Assembly: GCA_049965555.1 (NCBI GenBank)
Contig: JBMFWF010000008.1
Span: forward strand, 1 to 37,361
Source of the DNA: Candidatus Parvarchaeum sp.
GTDB lineage: Archaea > Nanobdellota > Nanobdellia > Parvarchaeales > Parvarchaeaceae
DNA: 37,361 nucleotides
Direction: 5' to 3'
The position numbers and the translations under genes were made by a program. Shown here one piece after another: positions 1-9,174 of this stretch. Position 1 is the stretch's first letter. Each line of letters starts with the position of its first letter. The notes under the pieces are model-generated. The model saw only the letters and a program-made list of their open reading frames with translations, had not been told where the DNA came from and ran no database searches.

Positions 1-1180
1 GTCCATTTTCGAGTTACCATATCTAGGTTGGTAAGTTGTAACACACTTTTTAAAGGATGGCCGCTTCTGAGCCCACCTCCCAACTGTTTTAGAAATGATT
101 TCTCTTTTTTGCACTTAGTAAACATTTAAGGGCCTTAACTCATGGCTAGGTTGTTTCCTTCTTGGTGTAAAACTTTACGCCATACACCCAACTTATGCCT
201 ATTTTTAAAGGAATTCTGAGTTTGACAATGTTGTGGGACCTTTCGGTCCCTACCAACACAATCAGTGTCTTTACCTCTTTTAAAATTCGGGCATAAGCTA
301 TCCTATGGGATATTTCGATGGGAACCAGCTATCGCCGCGCACGATTGGTTTTTCGCCCCTATACCCAAGTCAACTGACGATGTAGTTACCGACCAGGTCG
401 GCCCTCCATAGAGAGTAATCCCTACTTCGGCCTGCCCAGGTATAGATCGCGCGGCTTCGGGTCTTACAAACATGACTTATGGCAGTTTCCTACCAGTACC
501 TTGCGGTACTCGCTTTCGCTCCGGCTTCCTTTCGTTAGCCTTGCCATGCTCGTAAACTCCCTGCCCCTTTATGCTAAAAGGATGTTGCAACACTTGAGCC
601 TGCTTATTTATTCACAGGTTCACAACGTGCCGCAACAACTATAACTATTAGATTTCAGGTTCTTTTCACCCTCTCGTCGAGAGTGCTTTTCAACTTTCGC
701 TCACGCTACTCTGCGCTATCGGTTTCAGGTAGTATTTAGGGTTGGATGTTTTTGACACCCGTGTTCACAGAAGAGTATCGACCTCTGCTACTCTGTATGA
801 TGACCGTGCATTGAAAAACTACGAGGCTGTCACTCTCTTTGGCCCGTCATTCCAGACAAGTTTGTCTTCCTCAACACAGCCATTAACCACGCCACATTTC
901 TGCATTGCTGCAGATTCGGTTCGCCCTCTTCCCTTTTCGTTCGCCATTACTGGGGGAATCTCTATTGATTTCTTTTCCTGCAGGTACTAAAATGTTTTAG
1001 TTCCCTGCGTTCCCTTTCTTTCCGTAAAGGAAAGAATCTATGCTTACGCATAGGCATCACGCATTCAGAGACGATGCGATCAACGGTCGTCTGCGCCTAC
1101 CGCATCATTATCGCAACTTGCTGCGTCCTTCTTCGGCTCCTGAACCAAGTCATCCATCTAATAGCTTGGATTAGCAAATC
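1..1180 (-). rRNA. rrl: 23S rRNA, 5' portion (continues beyond the window start); 5' end approximate
   Basis: The reverse complement has conserved LSU motifs: TGGATGACTTGGTTCAGGAGCCGAAGAAGGACGCAGCAAGTTGCGATA, GAACTAAAACATTTTAGTACCTGCAGGAAAAGAAATCAA, CCGATAGCG...AGTAGCGTGAGCGAAAGTTGAAAAGCAC, GATAGCTGGTTCCCATCGAAA, GGTGGGCTCAGAAGCGGCCATCCTTTAAA. The 5' end was placed by counting back from the TGGATG motif. Confidence 0.97.
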
Positions 1181-1287
1181 ACACAGTCACATTGCTGTTT
1201 TTAACAGCTCGACACTTCCTTCTTTATTTTCAAATAAAGAAGTGCATATTATTGTTTAACCGATAAATATCTAATAAGTAGAAATGG

Positions 1288-1302
1288 TTTATAAAGCTTT
1301 TT
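1288..1302 (-). promoter_or_regulatory. BRE-TATA promoter of the 23S rRNA gene
   Basis: Minus strand reads AAAAAGC-TTTATAAA, a purine-rich BRE followed by a TATA box, about 110 nt upstream of the inferred mature 5' end. Confidence 0.65.
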
Positions 1303-1356
1303 ATTTTCGCAAAATTACTCAAATTAATTATTCCAAAAAATATGAATTAATAGAAA

Positions 1357-2316
1357 TCAAGAGTAATTCCCATAAGTAAGATTTAAAGCGTGATTTTCTG
1401 GAAAAGTAGTTATATTGGTAAAAACTTTATTAGAGGAAGCCTTTAATGTCAAATTAAAGGAAAAATATACTCCTTTAGATGGAATTGTGGCATTTATATA
1501 CTGATACAAAGGCAAATAGAATTTATTAGATATACATTCTTTACCATTAACATATGCAGTAGAGTTAACATATACATTACTAATTAAGTAGCTTTTTACA
1601 GTAGAATGCAGATTATATTCGGAACAAGTTTGATTAAGAAATTTTGAGATACCAACATACTGCATTGTTAAATTTAATTGATTTATATCAAAACCAAATG
1701 AATATGAAGTTACTTGAGTTATATTATCTATTAAATATTTTATACCAAATGCTGTAGAATTTGATACTAATCCACAACTAAATTTACTTAATATACTGCT
1801 ATTACTCAAAGAAGGGTAAGCTGAGCAGATATAAAAACCAGTATTATTTACAAAGGCCATCTTTGACAAGGGCATGTAAATGTTATATTTACCAATTAAT
1901 TGCTTTAATTTTGATAGATTATAAATTAGTTTCGTTCCATTATCAATATATTCTCTTATAGAATTTACTAGAGTATTATTATTTAAAATATTCTGAAATG
2001 TTAGAACCTCCCCTACATTATAATAAGTTTTAAAAGCTGTAGAATTTACGTTTCCTTCCCTATAAATAGTATAATTGGAGGGTATGCTAAATTTCAGATT
2101 TAAAGGGATTGTAGATAAAGATTCATTACTTGTGAAGTTTGCTATGTAATAAAAAGTAAAATTACCTTTAAATGAACTTATTGAATTTGTTTCTGCTGCT
2201 AATAGAGAATTATAAGACATAAACTTTGTAGGTAAAGTATTAAAATATAAAAGTAAGAATATTACTATTATTACAATCACAGCAATAAATAATAAATAAT
2301 ACTTCTTTGATAACAT
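1357..2316 (-). CDS. Membrane-anchored/secreted hypothetical glycoprotein
   Basis: 319-aa ORF with N-terminal KK plus a hydrophobic helix, about 20 N-x-S/T sequons and four Cys. It starts 1 nt after the stop codon of the giant pilin-like gene. Confidence 0.8.
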   Translation of the reverse strand: MLSKKYYLLFIAVIVIIVIFLLLYFNTLPTKFMSYNSLLAAETNSISSFKGNFTFYYIANFTSNESLSTIPLNLKFSIPSNYTIYREGNVNSTAFKTYYNVGEVLTFQNILNNNTLVNSIREYIDNGTKLIYNLSKLKQLIGKYNIYMPLSKMAFVNNTGFYICSAYPSLSNSSILSKFSCGLVSNSTAFGIKYLIDNITQVTSYSFGFDINQLNLTMQYVGISKFLNQTCSEYNLHSTVKSYLISNVYVNSTAYVNGKECISNKFYLPLYQYINATIPSKGVYFSFNLTLKASSNKVFTNITTFPENHALNLTYGNYS

Positions 2317-2317
2317 A

Positions 2318-5300
2318 TTAGTTTATAAGCATACCACCATTACCACATGATCCGCCACCTGCGCCTGTGCCTACATGCACATACAAAGTCTGTGCTGGAA
2401 GATAAAGAGAAAGCTCTGCACTGTTGCCACTAGTATCTAAACAGCGATTATCACTATATCCACTAACAGAAATTTGTCCCGCGGATGTAACAATATAATA
2501 AGAAGCATACCCGGCATTTCCACCGGCATTATAAATTGTAAGGCTCCCTCCCTGCCAATTGCATTCACCGTAAAGATTTGCATGGTCGCTGCTACTTGCA
2601 AGTTCATATCCATTACATGAAGGAGCTGATGAGTTAGTATATGGATAATTCACTGTTGATAATATCCCTGGAGGATATGATACAGAATAACCACTAGATA
2701 GCCCTCCTGGATTTGAGAATGATGGAGAGAGTGTGTCGAAGGTATATGGCAATAATCTAGTCCACTGGATAGATTCCGTACCGCCTTGTCCAGCATTGTT
2801 ATCATACAACCCTAAAAAGAAATTTGTATTTCCTTGAGAAACAGAAGTGTTTGTAGAGTAGACTGTTCCTAAGTAAGGCGGAGAAACTGACCCGCCTTCA
2901 TTGCCTGTACCTTCCCAATAAGCAGTATATGTATAAAAGGTATTGTTTGACAATGTAGTTGAGACTGAACTTAATGTAGTACATGCATTATTTGTTCCTG
3001 GGTTATAGGTTAAGCTATATCCTCCTGCACCATTTCCAGTGATAGTATACCCATGAAACACGGAACAAGGGCCATAAGATTGGACGCTGCCACTATCAGA
3101 AGCTGGCCAACCCATTTCTAAGTTCATTCCATTAAAATCTGAAATCTTCATGTCTGCCTGCACTAACAGACTTGGATTGTATGAAGGCCCATTTACACCG
3201 TAAACATACCACCAGTTATTAGTATAATTTATGAATAAACCATTGTTAACACTTATAGACTCGCCGCTTTCACCGCCAGTATTAACGGTTGAAAATCCAG
3301 ATGGCAATGAAGTACCCGCATAATTCCAGTATCCCTCAAAGAATACATTACCACCATTGTCATACTGGGCGTAAGAAGAAGAAAGCTGGGGCGCTTCCCC
3401 AACAGTGTTTCCATTGAATAGATTAATTGATGGGTAGTAGACCACTGCATAAATATTTTCTGAGCCACCTCCTGCTATTTGAGCTAAGTTAAGCCAGAAT
3501 ATTGCGTTTACCTGATTTATATTATTTTCAGTATTCTCGTAATTTCCTTCATACCAACTATCAATTACAGTTCCATTACTGTACTGAAATTCAACATTTT
3601 GCATGTTACTCGAAAGAATTGAAGAATAAAGATTTGTATCAAGGAATATTTCTTGATCAAAAGGAGAGGGAGTAGCAGATGATGAGGGGTTATAAACTGT
3701 TATTGGTATATAACACTCCCAATTAGTAAAAGTATAAGTTGTGCCTTCTTCTACTGAAGCTGATGCCCGACATACTGCACCTCCCGCTGCATTGGCTGTT
3801 GCCGTTGCAGTGTAACTAGATTGTGAAGACTGACTGCTTAAAGATAATGTTATTGGGGAGCCGGTTGATGCTGAACCGCTTACAGCACCATTGTCATACG
3901 ATACAGACCAACTCGAAGCTGAAGAAGGTAAATTAATCTCATAGAATTCTGTTGTAGACGAACCGCTTGTTGAAAATGAAATCGAATTCGTGGAACCTGC
4001 TGAAACTGTTCCTGAAGAAGGTGATGGTGTGTAAGTATAAGTAAAATAGCCGTTGAATTCATGTGACCATGAGCCTGTTTGCTCCACTGTAATACCAGAA
4101 GGATCAGCAGGATTTGCTGTAACATCAGAATATGGCAGTAACTGTACGCTACTATTTGAAGGAGTCCATCCTATTACATTAAACTGGCTAGACAGCATAT
4201 AGGCGCCGTTTATCTCAAATGCACTCATTCCAGGAGCGCAAATGTTTGTCCAGTCTACTGCAACTTCGTACCAACCAGGAGTTACTGAAACGGTTGTTGG
4301 CCCATATTGTGTGGCACCTTGACCGTGCCAAGCGTTTCCACCGAAAACGCTAGACCAGGAATTAGTTCCATAAGGAGCATAAAACACTTCCATAGCATCA
4401 TCTGTAGTTATTGTAACGGTAATTGAAGACGTGAAATACATGTAAGCAACTGCTGTGTACCCTTGGGAATTATATGGCGAACCGCACGAAACACCATTAT
4501 TATTCAAATCGCTTAATGATGAAGGAAACGCCTGCGTAGGCATCCCTTCATAGATGTTACCTTGATAAGAAGAAGTACCGAAATTCCATTCTACGCTAGT
4601 TGAGGTTAATGATGGAACTGAATAAGAATAAGAAGGTATGCTGCCGCCGCTGGTAGTGGTTGTAAATTGTATGCTTGAAGAAGAGGATGTTTTCTCGACA
4701 TTATTGAAAGTAACATTCCATGGATAACTGCTTGGAAGGTTGCTTTCATCGAACGTAGTTATACATGTAGTTTGTTCAGAAAACGATACTGAAATTGTTG
4801 AGCCCACCTGTGCTGAACCGGAGGAAGGTGAAGGAGTAGTAGCAGTTGTACAATCTAATGTTGAAGAAGAATTTGGAGATATTGAATTAATTGTATATGA
4901 ATATGAAGGAAGACTACCACCACTGGTTGTAGTATGAAAAATAACATTTGATGGTGCAATGCTATTGTTACTAACACTATTATAGGTTACTGACCACGTT
5001 ATACCTGAACTTAAGCCAGTTTCTGTAAAAGTTGTTATACATGCTGTTGAACCGGAATAGCTTATAGCATTTGTAGTACCCGCTTCTGCCGATCCTGAAG
5101 AAGGCGAAGGAGTGTACGTAGTAGTACAGGCTAATGTTGAAGAAGAATTAGTTAAAGTTGGAATGGAATATGGATAAGTAGGTATACTGCTGCCGCTGGT
5201 TTTAGTTATGAATACTATGTTTGAAGGAGCATTTGCATTATTTGTTATGGAAGCATACGTTACTTCCCAGTTGTAACCGGAGGGCAATCCGCTCTCTGTA

Positions 5301-6511
5301 AATGTTGTTGTGCATGTTGTTTCTGCCGAAAAAGTGATTAAGACTGTAGAACCGGCTGCAGCTTTTCCCGATGAAGGTGATGGTGAATATGTTGTAGTAC
5401 AAGCTAATGTTGAAGAAGAATTTGATAGAGTACTAATTGAATAAGAATAATTTCCAGGGGGTCCAAAATAATAAATATTGCTTGTTGTATTGTCCTTTCC
5501 AACTCCATCGAATGACATGTCCCATTTGTAACCATTAGGTAAGCCACTTTCAGTAAAGGCAGTCGTGCATTCCCCTAGAAAACGTATATATTGATACTGC
5601 CCCACAGTTAAAGATCCGGATGAAGGCGAAGGCTGGTATACACAGCCAGCTACTACAGAATTGTTAACTGAATACGGATAAGTACCGCTTTTTTCATTTG
5701 TAAAAACTAATAAATTGGTAGTTGAAGATTGATTGAGGCCTGCATAGTCTACTTGCCATTTTGTGCCTAAAGGCAACTCCTTCTCTATGAAAGTTGCTGC
5801 ACATGAATTAATGAATATTATATTATTTAGAAGACCTGCTTCGGAATAGCCGGAGGAAGGCAGAGCCGTGAATGTACAGCCATTAAATGAAGTATTGCCA
5901 ACGGTAAAGGAATAATTACCAGGCACAGAAGCGAATAATATTTCAGTCCCCGTAGAAGTGTGATTAATGCCTTTAAAGTCTACCCACCATTGAGAGCCAG
6001 TTGGCAAACCATCTTCACTAAATTCCGTTATAATGGAAGGCAGTGGAAGATTTATATTTGCTGGCACGAAAGACATTGTTCCATTTGAAGATGCGTTTAT
6101 AGCACTTGAAACTGCAAATCCAATTCCTAAGGAAACCGTATCCCGAGTATTTGCAAGCTTCAATTTTGTAAAGCATATTGAATTCTGACCAGGAGATAAT
6201 GTCAGGTACTGGCAGCTTACATTTGATAACTTAGTATTATTATAAAGCAATGAGAACTTGTTTAAATTTACTGAAACTGAAAGAGAATTTGTTAGATAAA
6301 ATTCCATATAGCTGTAATTTGCAATTACAGCAGTTACTTTTACACCTGTAAACCCGCTTATTGTTGAAGAAGGCGATATAAAGTGCAAAGGAGAAAATAA
6401 ACCAAGGAGAAAAACCACAATTAAAACTGCGGCTACAAGAACAATCATCCAACCGTAAGTCATCAAGGCTTCTACAACAGTCTGTCCTTTTTTACCCGTT
6501 TTAATTCGCAT
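2318..6511 (-). CDS. Giant class III signal peptide (type IV pilin-like) surface adhesin with seven thermopsin-C-like repeats, a PA14-like insert and a DUF2341-like domain
   Basis: N-terminus is KKG|QTVVEALMTYGW plus a hydrophobic helix (Glu at +5). Repeats read F-x-E-x-x-L-P-x-x-x-x-W-x-V. TTDDAMEVF resembles a PA14 DD motif. IPITVYN...VEFQYSNG..IDSWYE...FWLNL...DNGGNVF resembles DUF2341. Confidence 0.85.
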   Translation of the reverse strand: MRIKTGKKGQTVVEALMTYGWMIVLVAAVLIVVFLLGLFSPLHFISPSSTISGFTGVKVTAVIANYSYMEFYLTNSLSVSVNLNKFSLLYNNTKLSNVSCQYLTLSPGQNSICFTKLKLANTRDTVSLGIGFAVSSAINASSNGTMSFVPANINLPLPSIITEFSEDGLPTGSQWWVDFKGINHTSTGTEILFASVPGNYSFTVGNTSFNGCTFTALPSSGYSEAGLLNNIIFINSCAATFIEKELPLGTKWQVDYAGLNQSSTTNLLVFTNEKSGTYPYSVNNSVVAGCVYQPSPSSGSLTVGQYQYIRFLGECTTAFTESGLPNGYKWDMSFDGVGKDNTTSNIYYFGPPGNYSYSISTLSNSSSTLACTTTYSPSPSSGKAAAGSTVLITFSAETTCTTTFTESGLPSGYNWEVTYASITNNANAPSNIVFITKTSGSSIPTYPYSIPTLTNSSSTLACTTTYTPSPSSGSAEAGTTNAISYSGSTACITTFTETGLSSGITWSVTYNSVSNNSIAPSNVIFHTTTSGGSLPSYSYTINSISPNSSSTLDCTTATTPSPSSGSAQVGSTISVSFSEQTTCITTFDESNLPSSYPWNVTFNNVEKTSSSSSIQFTTTTSGGSIPSYSYSVPSLTSTSVEWNFGTSSYQGNIYEGMPTQAFPSSLSDLNNNGVSCGSPYNSQGYTAVAYMYFTSSITVTITTDDAMEVFYAPYGTNSWSSVFGGNAWHGQGATQYGPTTVSVTPGWYEVAVDWTNICAPGMSAFEINGAYMLSSQFNVIGWTPSNSSVQLLPYSDVTANPADPSGITVEQTGSWSHEFNGYFTYTYTPSPSSGTVSAGSTNSISFSTSGSSTTEFYEINLPSSASSWSVSYDNGAVSGSASTGSPITLSLSSQSSQSSYTATATANAAGGAVCRASASVEEGTTYTFTNWECYIPITVYNPSSSATPSPFDQEIFLDTNLYSSILSSNMQNVEFQYSNGTVIDSWYEGNYENTENNINQVNAIFWLNLAQIAGGGSENIYAVVYYPSINLFNGNTVGEAPQLSSSYAQYDNGGNVFFEGYWNYAGTSLPSGFSTVNTGGESGESISVNNGLFINYTNNWWYVYGVNGPSYNPSLLVQADMKISDFNGMNLEMGWPASDSGSVQSYGPCSVFHGYTITGNGAGGYSLTYNPGTNNACTTLSSVSTTLSNNTFYTYTAYWEGTGNEGGSVSPPYLGTVYSTNTSVSQGNTNFFLGLYDNNAGQGGTESIQWTRLLPYTFDTLSPSFSNPGGLSSGYSVSYPPGILSTVNYPYTNSSAPSCNGYELASSSDHANLYGECNWQGGSLTIYNAGGNAGYASYYIVTSAGQISVSGYSDNRCLDTSGNSAELSLYLPAQTLYVHVGTGAGGGSCGNGGMLIN
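3720..6035 (-). repeat. Seven degenerate ~80-95 aa intragenic repeat units
   Basis: Unit starts: EFSEDGLP, TFIEKELP, AFTESGLP, TFTESGLP, TFTETGLS, TFDESNLP, EFYEINLP. The block NSSSTL(A/D)CTT.T/Y.PSPSSG recurs in units 3-5. Confidence 0.85.
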
Positions 6512-6569
6512 ATATATAGAAATTAATAAACTTTATTATTTTAAATAGGTTTAATTCAGAAAAGGTAAT

Positions 6570-6585
6570 GAAAAGCTTAAATATA
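6570..6585 (+). promoter_or_regulatory. BRE-TATA promoter upstream of the small ORF at 6617
   Basis: GAAAAGCTTAAATATA lies about 32 nt before the ATG at 6617. Confidence 0.55.
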
Positions 6586-6616
6586 ACAATGTATATTACT
6601 ATATTGTAGTGTATTT

Positions 6617-6712
6617 ATGAAAAGAAAGGAATTTTCTATAAATGATGGAGAGATTGAAGATCCGGATGAAGATTACGATATTGAGAAAGATGAAGAGCTG
6701 TTAGAAGTTTAA
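6617..6712 (+). CDS. Putative 31-aa acidic micro-protein (not in the ORF track)
   Basis: Translates as MKRKEFSINDGEIEDPDEDYDIEKDEELLEV*. It has an upstream BRE-TATA and ends 2 nt from the convergent peptidase stop. Confidence 0.5.
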   Translation: MKRKEFSINDGEIEDPDEDYDIEKDEELLEV

Positions 6713-6714
6713 TA

Positions 6715-7548
6715 TTATAATGCAGAAAAAATCTGAAGAAATGGGTTGCCAAATAAAATGGTTATAAGGACTGCAAAGAATATGCCAGGAACAAAAGGCA
6801 AGCCAATCTTAATTAATACCTCTTTTACGCCTTTTTCCTTCAGCTTTTGAATGTCTGCATTTGTTAACCCAGTACTTCTTTCAGGCACCATCTTTTTGCC
6901 ATTTGAATCTTTTGGTGACTCTGCAAGCCAGTCTCCTTCAGTAAGTTTTGAAACTTTTTCGTTTATGTACATTAGGTGATTTGCAACCAAGAATACAAAG
7001 CGTATAGAAAATATCATGAATATGCCTACTGCAATAAAAATATTTATCGGCAGGGGAAGTAATAAAACAGATATTATTATCATAACAATAGATCCAATGA
7101 AAAATGGTATGTCATACCTTTGGAAGTGCTTTTTGAGTTTCTTTATTTTTATTAATCCAAAGAATACTGTACCTATTAACCCGTAAATTCCTCCAAAAAG
7201 GAGGATATTTATAAATAATGCAATAAAAGACTTGTCCGAAAATAAGTTTAGAGAATTAAAAATTATGCTTAACCCTAACATTAATTTTACATCTCCCCCG
7301 CCCCATTGGCCTAAACGATACATAAAATAGGAAAACCCAAAGAGAAGAAGCATTGAAAGCGGTATGTAAATAAGATTTGAAACGGTATTATAAACTATTG
7401 AATAAATAAATGAAAGCAATAGTGCGCCTGCTATAAGTATATAGCTTATTGAATCAGGTACTTCTCTTTTCCTAAAGTCCTGTATTGAAGCTAATAAAAG
7501 CATCAAAAGCACAAAGATAAATATCAGATAATTCATTTCATATACCAT
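6715..7548 (-). CDS. Prepilin/prearchaellin peptidase, A24 family (PibD/FlaK-like)
   Basis: Polytopic membrane protein with both catalytic Asp motifs (SIQDFRKREVPD and WGGGDVK) and a C-terminal LPFVPGIF. The true start may be the second Met at 7536. Confidence 0.93.
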   Translation of the reverse strand: MVYEMNYLIFIFVLLMLLLASIQDFRKREVPDSISYILIAGALLLSFIYSIVYNTVSNLIYIPLSMLLLFGFSYFMYRLGQWGGGDVKLMLGLSIIFNSLNLFSDKSFIALFINILLFGGIYGLIGTVFFGLIKIKKLKKHFQRYDIPFFIGSIVMIIISVLLLPLPINIFIAVGIFMIFSIRFVFLVANHLMYINEKVSKLTEGDWLAESPKDSNGKKMVPERSTGLTNADIQKLKEKGVKEVLIKIGLPFVPGIFFAVLITILFGNPFLQIFSAL

Positions 7549-8281
7549 GTTATACTTAATTGGTACAGGATTATATTATTTAAATGATTTGCCTTTAAGG
7601 GCAATTGATGAACTAAAAAGATGCGATGAAATTTTACTTGAGAGATACACCAATCTAAATGATATAAGTTTCCTTGAAAAGCTTGAAAAAGAAATTGGCA
7701 AAAAAATAGAAATTATTGGAAGAGAAGCAATGGAAAGCGATTCGATACTGGATAAAGCTATGAATGAAAGAATAGCTGTTTTGGTGCCAGGTGACCCTCT
7801 TGCAGCTACTACCCATTTTTCACTGATACAAGAATGCAAAGCTAGAAATATACAAACAAAAATAATTCATGCCTCTAGCATATTCTCTTCTATTGGCGAA
7901 ACAGGATTATCTCTTTACAAGTTCGGCGGCACTGCCAGCATACCTATATATAGTGAGCATTTTCACCCAGAAAGCTTTTTTGAAATAATAGAGAGAAATA
8001 TAAAATGCAATTATCATTCTCTTGTACTATTGGAAGTCAGAAATAAAGAAGAATTCGTAAGCCCAGAAAAGGCTGTTGAGATACTTAAAGAGATAGAAAA
8101 CAAAAGAGGAGTAAAAATAATAGACTGGAAAAATGTAATTGCGATATCAAAGATGGGAAGCATTGATCAAAGAATCATAAATGTAAATAGTGAGGATTTA
8201 AAAAGCCTAGAACCTCCTTGTTCGCTTATAATCCCTGGAGAGCTCAATGAAAACGAAAAAGATGCACTAAAACTTCTATAA
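7547..8281 (+). CDS. dph5: Diphthine synthase
   Basis: MLYLIGTGL, ERYT, LVPGDPLAATTH, IHASSI, GLSLYKFG, HSLVLL and SLIIPGEL motifs. Confidence 0.95.
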   Translation: MLYLIGTGLYYLNDLPLRAIDELKRCDEILLERYTNLNDISFLEKLEKEIGKKIEIIGREAMESDSILDKAMNERIAVLVPGDPLAATTHFSLIQECKARNIQTKIIHASSIFSSIGETGLSLYKFGGTASIPIYSEHFHPESFFEIIERNIKCNYHSLVLLEVRNKEEFVSPEKAVEILKEIENKRGVKIIDWKNVIAISKMGSIDQRIINVNSEDLKSLEPPCSLIIPGELNENEKDALKLL

Positions 8282-8284
8282 AGA

Positions 8285-9172
8285 TTAGGATGCGCTTATT
8301 GTTAGAGGTATGCTATTAGAAGTCAAACAGTATGTGTAACCTGCGCTAACGTTTATTGATGTATCAGAACTATAACCAATCGAATTAGAAATAGGTTTTA
8401 CTACAAGAGAAAAGGGTATTGGTGCAAGTAGCCTGCCATCCTGAAAATTAAGTGAGTACTCTGACTGAGAGATATTTACACTTGGATTTATGGTATATGT
8501 ATTACCGGTTGAAGAGGTGAAATAGCCCTCTCCGTTCTTTATGCTTATATAAACCCAATTAAGCTTGGAAGTTGAACCTATCCCAGTTAAAGAGCTACCG
8601 CTCACATATTCACTCTGATTTGATGGAACTGGGCTAGCAGTTATTGTAGTATTAAATGATTGCAAATAAATGTTTATTGGAAGGCCTGATGATGAGGTAA
8701 CTGATGACATAGGGACAGACCCGCTAAAGTTGTAATTTTCTATAGTAAGTGGATAATTTGTATAAGATACAGCATTAAAACAAGCGCTAAAGGTTATTGA
8801 GCAACTTGTTGGACTTGAACTTGAAAAAGTCCAAGTAGAAGAGGATGGAGAATCGGGAGGTATCAAAAAGCTCTTGCTCTGCACGGGCAGAAAAGAACAT
8901 CCATAAGGGGATAATGTTACATTTAAGTAGTTTTTGCCATGGTTAAAAACATTCGATATGAAATTCATGCTTTCCCCAGTGTACAAATGCGATAAAGGAG
9001 TTACTGCAGATACATTGAATGATATCGGCAGGTAAGGATTTACATTCTGTGTAGTTGTCGTAGTCGTACTGGTCTTAAAATTAAGATACCCTCCCTTATA
9101 AAGAAAGAAAACACCGACTATTATTATAATCACAACGATTACTATGACTCCGGATTGTCCTTTATTTTTCAT
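8285..9172 (-). CDS. Class III signal peptide pilin-like protein (paralog 4)
   Basis: MKNKG|QSG plus a hydrophobic helix, a Ser/Thr-rich beta domain and a C-terminal YTY strand. Confidence 0.75.
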   Translation of the reverse strand: MKNKGQSGVIVIVVIIIIVGVFFLYKGGYLNFKTSTTTTTTQNVNPYLPISFNVSAVTPLSHLYTGESMNFISNVFNHGKNYLNVTLSPYGCSFLPVQSKSFLIPPDSPSSSTWTFSSSSPTSCSITFSACFNAVSYTNYPLTIENYNFSGSVPMSSVTSSSGLPINIYLQSFNTTITASPVPSNQSEYVSGSSLTGIGSTSKLNWVYISIKNGEGYFTSSTGNTYTINPSVNISQSEYSLNFQDGRLLAPIPFSLVVKPISNSIGYSSDTSINVSAGYTYCLTSNSIPLTISAS

Positions 9173-9174
9173 AA

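Noticed and set aside
228-250. Hairpins such as GGGACC-TTTC-GGTCCC, and those at ~1015-1055, as terminators or repeats
   Set aside because: They lie inside the 23S rRNA gene and are explained as rRNA helices.
742-1259. ORFs 742..990 and 1074..1259
   Set aside because: They are antisense to the 23S rRNA gene and its leader, with no protein features.
4800-5430. Recurring TAATGTTGAAGAAGAATT as CRISPR or DGR repeats
   Set aside because: It encodes the NSSSTL motif of the protein repeats at ~280-nt spacing. No reverse transcriptase or adenine-specific TR/VR pair was seen.
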